Shown: in pieces, positions 54,067 to 64,000 of the stretch | Numbering within the stretch: position 1 is the first letter of the stretch | Layout of the letters: each line of letters begins with the position of its first letter | Source of the DNA: Adineta vaga | Lineage: Eukaryota > Animalia > Rotifera | DNA: 64,000 nt | Assembly: GCA_021613535.1 (NCBI GenBank) | Contig: CP075492.1 | Span: 5,766,001 to 5,830,000, forward strand | Direction: 5' to 3' | The notes under the pieces: generated by a model | Seen by the model: only the letters and a program-made list of their open reading frames with translations | Told to the model about the DNA's origin: nothing | The model's database searches: none | Program-made: the position numbers and the translations under genes

Positions 54067-54404
54067 TCAATTAATTTGCCGAATTTCATGATAGAGTGGT
54101 TGTTGAAGACAGTATCGAAGTGATTTTTGAGACGATATACATGTTTGAAGATAATCAGCAAGAGATATCGTTGATGAACTTTCTGTCATGTCCTCTTCAC
54201 TAGTTAAATCACGTTTACAAGCAACAGCAGACAGATGACAAAGAAGAAAACCACGTTGTCTTGGTGCATATGATGATGGATAAGTCTGAAAAAAGAAAAA
54301 TACATATTTAAACGTAAGAAATTCGATCGAATTTTTACCATTGCAAATTGAAAACAAAGAATCATAGATAATAAAACAAAGATGAATCGATACGATGGAT
54401 GCAT
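54067..54404 (-). CDS. Putative neuropeptide precursor, allatostatin-C/somatostatin-like (exons 54404-54339, 54285-54067)
   Basis: Signal peptide MHPSYRFIFVLLSMILCFQFAM|T; RQR-GFLLCHLSAVAC-KR (C-x6-C ring flanked by basic sites); acidic spacer. Confidence 0.6.
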
Positions 54405-55315
54405 AATTTGTAGGAAAGATGGACGTTGTTGATAATGAATCAAGTTAAAATGATAAATGAACATCTTTTTTTATATGAATATATAGGAAAATAAGAAACG
54501 CAGGTGTCCATCTTGAGTCTTATGAATACATTTTGATTGTATCCTACGCATTTAATTCGATGTATTCAAATGATGAGTAGGTAGATAATGATTATATTGA
54601 AAAGAAATTGTTTATCATTGTAAATTAAAGTATATCACGAGAGTTAGTTGCATCCTTGTATATATGAAGTCTATTCAATGTTCATGCTAATAGTTTTTTT
54701 GAAGTAGATCTGTTCATTAGCTAACACGATTTTTGTGAGAGGAAAATCGATTAAATTTCGACGCTTTTGATAATTATCGAATGTTTCTCATTGAATGTTC
54801 TAAAATGAGGAAAATAATGATATTTGGAGAATTAAGTAGTAAAAACATATATTAATTTTGACACGAGCAATACCGTAGAATAAGGTCATACATTCATGGA
54901 CATTAGCTTGAGGCGTGCATGAAGTGCAAAACATCGATTGATTCGACTCCTATATTTTTACTTAATGATGTTATGTACAAATCTATATGAAAAGAAAATG
55001 AAAAGCTTGAATGGAAAGTATAGGTTGAGGACTTGTAATATAGTCATGTGTATTTTTCTTTTTGTCGATGGTTTGAATAAATTCAATGGCATCTGGTAAC
55101 TACCTTTCAAACGAACAGCACGAGATGCATGACCCTCGAAAACTTATTAAGTCAAACAAAAAAAAATAAACTAAAATATTAATATGTGGGTGGTAGAATC
55201 ACGAATACCGTTTGTTGATTCAATAGACTCACAAGGTATATATAGGTCGCATTTTCTTTATAACTATACCATTTTTCCAACACTAAGAAGAAGAAGAGTA
55301 CTTGAACCAATCAAT

Positions 55316-55940
55316 ATGCGATCTGTCATCATATTTTCTATGGTAAAACTTTTTCTTTCAAAATTCTTCTTTTTCACCTATTATTTGCTTTTAGCTGGTG
55401 CTTGCTGCTGTGGTACTATCCGCACCACCACCACCACCACCACCATCAAATAACAAAGGACAAAATCAAAATCCACCACCAGCAGGAGATGACTCTTCGC
55501 GAACACCACCAGCAGGAGATGGCTCATTACGAACACCACCACCACCAAAAGATGACTCTTCACGAACACCACCAGCAGGAGATGGTTCATCACGAACACC
55601 GCCACCACCAAGAGACAATTCTTCACGCTCACTACCAACAGGAGATGGCTCATCACGAACACCACCACCACCAAAAGATGACTCTTCACGAACACCACCA
55701 GCAGGAGATGGTTCATCACGAACACCGCCACCACCAAGAGACAATTCTTCACGAACACCACCAGCAGGAGATGGCTCATCACGAACACCACCACCACCAA
55801 AAGATGACTCCTCACGAACACCACCGGCAAATCAAGGTGGTCAAGGAAACCAACAAGGTAACGGTGGTCAAGGAAATCAACAAGGTAATGGGCGTCAACA
55901 ACAAGGTGCCCGTCAAAAACGATTCTTCTTCTGGAATTAA
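55316..55940 (+). CDS. Secreted Pro-rich tandem-repeat protein (exons 55316-55342, 55395-55940)
   Basis: Signal peptide MRSVIIFSM|LVLAAVVLS; repeats RTPPAGDGSS / RTPPPP(K/R)D(D/N)SS; Q/G/N tract; ends RQKRFFFWN*. Confidence 0.8.
55475..55830. repeat. Coding minisatellite: alternating 30-bp and 33-bp units (63-bp period, 126-bp higher order)
   Basis: acgaacaccaccagcaggagatgg.tcatc alternates with acgaacacc.ccaccacca(aaagatgac/agagacaat)tcttc. Confidence 0.88.
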
Positions 55941-56320
55941 ACAGCAAACTACCAATTTTTTTCTCCCGGTTAATTATAATAATTATTATATGAATAAGGA
56001 CAAAAAAACTCTTTTTTGTGAACCTCCCAGTTATCATACATAAAATAAAAAGTACCCTCGCAAATAAATCATCTTCATGTTTGTTTTATTGAAGTTATAT
56101 ATATATGAATATACAATTTAATTAGCAAGATAATGTACTTTTTTACTTCATAAAATATGCGAACGTCTGCAACATACGGTAAACAGTACCTCATGGAAGT
56201 TTGATCATAATTTAAATATTGCTCATATTTTCTCTGAATGATAGGTACGTAATAAACAACTCGGCATATTACGCTTTTATTTTTTATCAAATAAAATTCT
56301 GTCACTAAAGAAAAATCATG

Positions 56321-58698
56321 TCAAATCCATTGAATTGATTGACCTTGTAGTTTAATTGCACCGATTTGCTGTTGTCCAATAGTGATGTGATACAAACCAG
56401 GATGAAGCCATTTAGATGCATTTTGAGCAATAGTAAGTGCTGTTTCGATAGTAAAAGGAAAGAAGACTTCTTTTGTTTCATTGACTTTTAAATGAACACG
56501 GTCAAAGCCAAATAATTGCTTAAAAGGTACAATTTGATCACGAGTTACATTCGATGCTGTTACATAAGCTAGAACAACATCATCACCATCGAATGTTCCT
56601 GTATTTGTAACATTAATTCGAATTGACGAAATTAGTGTCCGTTCTTGCCAGTGAATCTTTTTCGTAATCGATTGTATTGAATATGAAGTGCTGAGTGAAT
56701 TATTATTCCATGTATAATTGAAAGTCGTATAAGATAAACCATATCCAAATTCATATACTGCTTTACCAGTATAGAATTTATACGTTCGACCAGGATTAGT
56801 TGCTGATGGTCTCATTTGCATATCGAACATACTGACTTCATTGACATAGGATGCCGGATAAATCGTCACTGGTAAACGACCAGCTGGATTATATTGTCCA
56901 AATACGACTGAAGCTACTGCCAACCCACCTGATTGACCAGGATAACCCATCCATATAAGACTTGCACATTTGATCGAATCTCGAATATAGGATAGATCAA
57001 TTCCACCACCTGCCATAATGACGATATGTAATGATGAACGAGTAACTTTTTCTAATTGTTTTATTAAAACAAGTTGAACATCTGGTAAAGCAATCGATTG
57101 ACGATCAGTACCTTCTCGTTCAATAGTATGATCAATGCCACCAAAGAAAAAAACGATATCAGAAGTTTGAGCTAAACGAATAGCTGCAGCAAAATCTCGC
57201 TCATCATGATGAGACATTCCACAACCACGAGCATAGACAATATCAATGGATTTACCTTATAAAGTAGATGAAACATAGAACTAGAATTTTGCTTCGTTTT
57301 GTCAAACCTGATGTTAAGTTTTTGAATCCAGTCAATGGATCAATAAGAAATGGTGCTCGTCCATGATAGATACCTTGCATTTGTACTGTCGCATCTGCTG
57401 TTGGTCCAATTAAGGCAATTCTTTTATTTGTCAATTGATTCATATTCAATGGTAATGCTTGATTGATATTTTTCAATAAAACAATACTTTCTTGTGCACT
57501 AATAAATGATAATTGTCTTGCTTCTATTGTATCTACATCATTCTTATTCAATTGTCGATAGATTTGTTGTTCTGGTGGATCAAACCAACCTAATCGAATT
57601 AAAACATCATATGTACGCATCAATGCTTGATCAATATCTGTTTCATTAATCCATTTCTTTTTTAATGCATCATTCATATGAAATAAATAGAAAACTCCAC
57701 ATTCAAGATCTGTACCAGCATGTAAAGCAACTGCAACTGTTTCTTCATCTGTTGATGTGTAATGATGTGTATGTAAAATATCTGATATAGCATTACAATC
57801 ACTTACAACGAAACCATTCAAATGATATGCTTCTCTATTGAAAAATAAAATGGATCGAATGGAATCTGTTGAAATCTTTCCTTTACCTAGCGATAGTTTC
57901 TAAGAGAAATTGATGAGCACAGGCCGGTATTCCATTGATTGAATTATAACTACACATGATACTCGCAACTTGTGCATCTTGTATACAAGTTTTAAAAGGT
58001 AGAAGATATGTTTCGACAAGATCTTGATCAGAAACGATTGCATTAAAATGATGTCGATCGATTCCATTCCAATTCTCTAAATCATAAGCATCGAAATGTT
58101 TACAGTTGGCTGCAATCTTTAAATATCGTTCATCATCACCACGTTGTAAACCTTGAATAAGTGCATAGACATATTGAGATGTAAGAAATGGATCTTCATC
58201 CGGCGTTTCTTGTCCACGTCCCTATCGTGGATCACGAAAAATATTTATATTCGGTGTAAAAAACGTAAGACCAGCACGACCGGCATTGTTAAAAGCACGT
58301 GCTTCTGTCGATATGATACTAGCGATTTGATAGACGAGATGCATATTAAATGTTGCACCAAGATTAATTGGCATTGGAAAAGAACTTGCTGCAGACAGGT
58401 CACCACCAAAGAATACACCAGGAGAATAAGCAAGACCGTGAAGAGCTTCGGACCACCATTCATATTTTGGTAAACCAAGACGTGGTATACTTTCAGCAGT
58501 TGTAATCATTTGAGAGATTTTTTCAATCGTAGTCATACGACTTATTAAATCAGCAGCTCGTTGTCGAGATGTGAATGATTGATTACAAATAGGAAATTTT
58601 GATAAGGGACCTGATTGACAATCAGGAAAACTAGGTGTTTGACTATTTGTTTGACATATTAGGCTAAAGAGTAGGAATACGACGATAACACGATTCAT
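56321..58698 (-). pseudogene. GH3 beta-D-xylosidase (BXL-type, probably of non-metazoan origin) with an in-frame TAG at 58222-58224; exons 58698-57887, 57834-57308, 57255-56321
   Basis: Signal peptide; [43 protein letters not shown] (family consensus RDPRWGRGQETPGEDP); CKHF; MCSYNSING; VVSDC nucleophile; EREGTDR; GYPGQSGG; FGYGLSYT; Fn3-like C-terminus. Confidence 0.9.
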
Positions 58699-58823
58699 CT
58701 TTATCATACACAATGAAGGAGAATACATTCTTAAATAACACACCTCAAGATAAGACTTCAGATAAGTATTTTTACTAAGTAAATTTTTTATCAATTCAAT
58801 TTTTATTTTATTCAAAAATATTA

Positions 58824-59225
58824 TTAAAAATCGATTAAATCAGTCAGTTTACGAAGAGCTCGTCGACGTTCTTGTGACCATGAACATCGACCCGTTGCTG
58901 GTCGATTACATTTATTCTTTGAACAGCATGTGATATCTTCATAAACATTCGTTGCAGTTTGTAACGTTTTACATGTACTCTTACTCACAATTGTATAGGC
59001 CCATTTTTTTGTTTGTGCTGTTTGTTCTTGTTGATTACAAGCTTGATCATCTTTTGTACATTGAAAACGATATTTTGCACATTGACATGGTTCATCTGAA
59101 CCACATTTGATGGTCTTTGGAGATAATGTACATTGTCTATCCGTGCCTGTATAACATTGAATTGCTAATGTATTGGTGAATAGGAAGCAAAATACGACGA
59201 GAAAAAGAAATATTCGACGGTACAT
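58824..59225 (-). CDS. Secreted Ly6/uPAR (three-finger)-like Cys-rich protein
   Basis: Signal peptide, then IQCY...CCSKNKCN; no hydrophobic GPI tail. Confidence 0.7.
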   Translation of the reverse strand: MYRRIFLFLVVFCFLFTNTLAIQCYTGTDRQCTLSPKTIKCGSDEPCQCAKYRFQCTKDDQACNQQEQTAQTKKWAYTIVSKSTCKTLQTATNVYEDITCCSKNKCNRPATGRCSWSQERRRALRKLTDLIDF

Positions 59226-60036
59226 TATAAATGTAAAGAAATGAGAAGAAAAAAGAAGTAACTCAAGTTTCATATTTTATTAATTCGCATTTATATATAT
59301 TTTGCATACCTGTGTCTGGTGCCGTACGAGTATTTATGTCGTCATTACTCTATACATTGATTGTGAATAACATATTTTAATTATGACCGAACGAAAGAAA
59401 AAAAAAGAACATGATTGATTATTTTTTTTTCTTTTGAAATTACTAATAGCATACGACAGGTGTGCATGTACGAATGAGAGAGAAGCATTGATCAAATATT
59501 CGTATCCATAGTACAGAGAGAAATGCTAATAGATTGCGTTTAGCTTTCATGAATAAAGCATTGAAAATACTTGTAAAAAATTTAAGAACGTAATTGTTAT
59601 GATAGTCAATGACGTAGATACTCCAGTCATTTACCGACAGAGTCAACATAAAATCGGAGCCGAAACTGGTCTTTTTCTAGTTTGTTGGTGTCTGTTAAAG
59701 CAAATCAGTCTCTCTATTTTTCGGATATATTGTTCAATGTCTAGGACAAAGTATACAAGGAAATTGTTCTCCAAAGAGAGAGAGATAGAGAAAAGATTAT
59801 TTTCATTGGTATTTTGATGAAAACCAATGAGTAGTTTTAGAAAATCTCTCTCTGCGTAGGTGATTTTCCTAACTTGCATCAATCAGAAAGTACCAGAAAT
59901 TAATCTATAAAAGCGATGGTTCTCCGATGTTTTTATTACATTTTAATTCTGATCAAATTGAAAGGTAAGTTCAAGATATGAATAATTATTTTTCAAGAGA
60001 ATTTTCTCATTTTGATTTAGCTTATCCTGAACAAGA

Positions 60037-62139
60037 ATGTTTCAGTGGCGATTTTGGTTATTCTTTATTACTGTATTTCATATGCAGTCGCATTTTCATC
60101 CTTAACTATTTTGGAAAATATGGGAACTCAATTTATGCCAATTAATATGGATGCTCTCCATCTTGGAAATATTTCGGTTCAAACAAAAATGAAATGTGCT
60201 ATTCAATGCCATTCTAATCATCAATGCCGCACATTTAATTTTGATACAAGTACCCAGATATGTCAACTATTTCAAGGAGATAAATTTGCTACAGGTACAA
60301 TCGTTCCTGGTGCACAAACAATAGTGGCCGGTTCTTTTAAATGGATGAATACGCTTTTCGATGCTCATGGTCAACCATGCAATGCTTGTAAAGATAATCG
60401 ATTTTTAAGATGTGTTAATAGTCTATGTGATTGCCAACAGAATACTTATTGGGATGGTACAGTTTGTTTACCACAATTACCGATGCCATGTATGGAATGT
60501 GAACCAAGCAAAAATATGTGCCGTTCTGATCTTAGTTTAACATGTCAATCATATAATAAATGTGATTGTAAGTTCATTGTTTTATTTCTGTGTGAATTCA
60601 TAACGGTCTGAAGATATTTTCTGAATGCATCACGTAATTGATGCAGTGGCATTCTGAAGAATTGTTTTCATTAGTCGTCTTTTAGTATTACAGATATTTT
60701 GTAACTGTCTAACTATGTTTTATTCTTTTAGATGCAAACAAAACTTGCAACGTCACTGATATTCATACAACAGAGCCCACGACAGAAGGCACTACGACAA
60801 CTGCAACGGAAACAGGTAAACATTTAGTCCGATGCTTCATTTTTACAGGAAGTTAACGTCTATACAAGTCAAACTTTTTGTTCCTAATACAGTAGTAAAT
60901 ACTGTATTGATCGTCATCAGAGAAATAGATAAAGCTTGAATTTTTACTCCCAAAACAATCCAACTATTTTTTTCTGAGACAAGCTTTAGATACGAGGATT
61001 TATCATCGATGTTGAGCGCAGAATGTAAATATGTCAATCAATAGATTATATGTTATTTTTAATAGTATATTCATCGTCAACACCTTCAGTTGGTAGTTGG
61101 ATATCTGTTGGCAACATGAGTGCTGCACGATCTCATCACACAAGCGTTTTATTGTCATCAGAAAATGACACCGTTCTGATCGCTGGTGGCTTTTCGCCAA
61201 AGATTGATAAATTCATTCTAGCCAATAAATCTTTTATGATTTGTGGCCAGATGCTGAATACTCGAGCTTATATGACCGCTGCTGAAATGATTCCATCAAA
61301 TATAATTCTTTTTGTTGGCGGCGAAGACTGGAATGGAAATGCTATTGTTTCAAACATTGCGGAGGTATTTGATGTAAATCTAGGAGCAGTTAATTCTACG
61401 GTTAAGACAATGAATAGTTGGTCGAGACATTCAATGGTTTTCCTCCAGGCCTCTATCAAGATGGCTATTGATAGATAGTTCATCAACTACAAATGTAATT
61501 GAACTTTTAGATCCGGCAACGCTCAGTTTCAATTCAATATATAACTCAATGCATGCGAACCGATCATCCTTCACAACCACTGTATTGACATTAATCAATT
61601 CCTCAGACGACTTTGTTCTCATCGTTGGTGGTGAAAATACTGATACCAACATTGCCTATGCATCCGCCGAACTATATAATGTAACATCAGGTCAATTCAC
61701 CTTCGTATCTAACAGTATGAACGCTGCCCGTTATTTACACTCAGCTACTGCTCTGCTCCTACCAGGAAAAGTACTTCTATGTGGCGGTATCGATAGTAAC
61801 CTAATTCCACTAGCTAGTTGCGAATTGTATGATCACGCTTCGGAAAACTTTTCTTTTACAAGAACAAATATGTCTAGCCAACGACTTTATCATACAGCTA
61901 CTTTGTTGAACAATGGTAAGATACTTATTGCAGGCGGAACTGCGAATTTGACTAATGGACTCAGAAGTACAGAGCTGTATGACCCGATCACAAACACGTT
62001 CATATCTGGTCCTCCACTCAAAATCGCTCGATTTGCACACTCAGCCACCCTACTGCAACCGTCTGGTAACGTACTTGTTTGTGGTGGCGAGATATTTACT
62101 TGGAACGGACTCTTCGATTGTGAACTGTATTATCCTTGA
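60037..62139 (+). pseudogene. PAN/apple + Cys-rich (EB/EGF-like) + Thr-rich linker + kelch beta-propeller protein; frameshift near 61470 and no clean in-frame start
   Basis: KCAIQCHSNHQCRTFNFD..CQLF (PAN); exons ...60567, 60732-60815, 61066...; kelch repeats ARSHHTS..VLIAGG, ARYLHSAT..GKVLLCGG, QRLYHTATLLNNGKILIAGG, ARFAHSAT; frame breaks where a GG dipeptide is expected. Confidence 0.75.
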
Positions 62140-63781
62140 CTTATTCTCACAGAGCATACGTATAGTTTTATATTGTTGTCCATACTGTGACGGCGCACTT
62201 GATTTCTATTCAACTCTTTTAAGCGCTTTTAGCCTTTAAGAATCTGACATGTCTAGAGGCTGAAGCTTTTAAAAATGTGTTTCGATAGTAATTTCCCAGC
62301 AATAAATGATACGTAGCGTTTATATCCATCCAGTGTGTTTGATGCATCATTTTGGATGGATATCAGTTGCGAAAAAAATCATTATTATAGGTAATTATGA
62401 GCATCATGCCAGATACTGAAAAAGGTGTCAATAGTGAGTCGAAGCTATCGAAACGATGAAGTTATCAGTTCTATATTATGGTTTTATAATTTTTACATGA
62501 TACCAAAATTGAAAGGTTTATTAGTTGGTTATTGTCATCACATTTAAAGTATTGAAGAAGTGCCTTTTCTATTGCGCAAGCATCAAGATTTGCAAAATAT
62601 CAATGATTACTAGTAGTAAAAAAACACCAGAAATATGCTGATGTAAATAAAGAGAAATAATATTGTGACAAATTATGATAGTTTTGGAAAAATAACCAAC
62701 CGATTGTTCAATCTTCTTCTGCATTATATATTTGAGTAGTAACTCGAATAATTTACAGGTATTCACACACTGTGGAATTACTTAATTATAGGATTGATTA
62801 CGGAGCAGAATCACAATCGAAAAAATATTGCTTTTATCTTATGACGAACGTAACCATATTCTGTACGTTATGTTCGATTCTTCAAAACATAAATATAAAA
62901 AAACAAAAACTGACGTTTTCTTTTGTCTTAATTCACTAGGAATGAATAAAAAGCGACAACAAAAACAATACACAAACATACACACACCTATATCTATATA
63001 TGTTTATATATATAGATATGTCTATTTATTTATGTATTAGCACGAAGAAAATCAACGATGCTAAAGATGATAATTAGATAAAAATATGTCAGCGAGCTTT
63101 TACCAAAAAATACGTTTTCTCTTCGATATAGGATATTCGGTTCCATATATTCCAAAAGGTACGACTTACTTCTCTATGATATATAGTTTATTGGAAAAAA
63201 TCACTAGCAATTCAGTATGCTTTAATTTCAGTTCTTCTGCGTTGATGATAGTTCAAAAATTGAGCGTTTTTGAAATTTCAATGTATCAGAAATTGCTGAG
63301 TTCGATCCGGATATATGGTTATATTTGTATCCAAAGCGAGATTATTTTTCGTGCCTGACATTTGGACCGACGCGGAAAGTTTGCACTCAAACCCATGTTC
63401 CATTTCGATCCGTGTTCAGGTGCTCGGCCGAGTTGCAGAATTCTGCATCAGATAATTTAACAGAAGCCCTATACCTTATTATTTCGTTAATCTTATTATT
63501 GAGTTATCTGAAACATTTCCGACACTATTGTATCTAAATAGTCATTTGTATTTTCGCCTTCTTTTTATTCCGTGAAAAACCATAACATGCATCCTTAGAA
63601 ATGAGATTATACTCAAAATCATAGGAAATCGCAATTTTTTCGGTATATGAAAGAGTTAGATAATCCATAATACTCTTTTATTCCATTACCGGCAGCAAGA
63701 TAATTCCTACTTATTACATGAAAAAAAAAGAAAAGTTATTTTGTATGTTGTACTATGTAGTATCACCACTTGATACATAAA

Positions 63782-64000
63782 TTAAGAGAGAAGTTCTACT
63801 TCGCTGTATTCTATATATTGACCACTTTGACGCTTTTTCATAACAAGTACACGAAAGCTGCAAAATATGTGAATGCTATTAATTACTTGTATTTCACCAT
63901 AATGTCCGCGTTCAGTAACTGCTTCGAGACCCGTCGATCCGTTATAAAGAAGTTGCCAGCTACTGCCTTGCTGTAGCATTTTTTTGCTTGTTTCGTTACT
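63782..64000 (-). CDS. 3' end of a gene with a galactose-binding-like beta-sandwich domain; runs off the window
   Basis: Frame is open to the window edge: SNETSKKMLQQGSSWQLLYNGSTGL...SFRVLVMKKR...IEYSEVELL*, resembling a GSSW.L.Y.GSTGL...YRLLV..KR...YSEV motif I recall from rotifer proteins. Confidence 0.55.
   Translation of the reverse strand, partial: SNETSKKMLQQGSSWQLLYNGSTGLEAVTERGHYGEIQVINSIHIFCSFRVLVMKKRQSGQYIEYSEVELLS

Noticed and set aside
55381-56043. 213-aa His-rich ORF (+) and 218-aa hydrophobic ORF (-)
   Set aside because: Alternative frames of the (CCA)-rich minisatellite; the Pro-rich frame has the spliced signal peptide
58222-58224. TAG as a reassigned codon (alternative genetic code)
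   Set aside because: TAG serves as a normal stop in ACOX3 and Trp is TGG throughout; a nonsense mutation is simpler
62200-63750. Gene-free stretch with short ORFs, possibly a transposon remnant
   Set aside because: No terminal repeats, target-site duplications or transposase/RT motifs recognisable by eye

Overview
AT-rich, gene-dense animal DNA with ~50-60 nt GT-AG introns. The gene content (receiver-like/ART/TPR proteins, orphan GPCRs, bacterial-type kelch repeats, a GH3 xylosidase, small hydrophilins) strongly suggests a bdelloid rotifer; this is an inference. About 28 genes were assembled by hand. Conserved genes: PLAC8/cornifelin-like, TMEM181, ACOX3-like, SOD2, two GGTs flanking MED21, STRA6-like, Awh/Lhx6-8, ALDH8A1, a 2-TOG XMAP215/CKAP5 and TCF/LEF. 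Main points of interest: (1) two GGT paralogs that lack the membrane anchor, carry mitochondrial-presequence-like N-termini and show patchy gene conversion; (2) a multi-exon Pro/Gly/Cys structural-protein gene nested on the SAME strand inside a 5.85 kb TMEM181 intron; (3) operon-like ~130 bp same-strand gene spacings; (4) an active ART-TPR gene near a catalytically degenerate ART gene; (5) an EGF-STRA6 fusion; (6) an allatostatin-C-like precursor; (7) a Grg1/LEA-like hydrophilin pair; (8) frameshifts or nonsense codons concentrated in accessory and HGT-like genes. No rRNA, tRNA, CRISPR or intact mobile element was recognised. Exon coordinates were read manually and may be off by a few nt.
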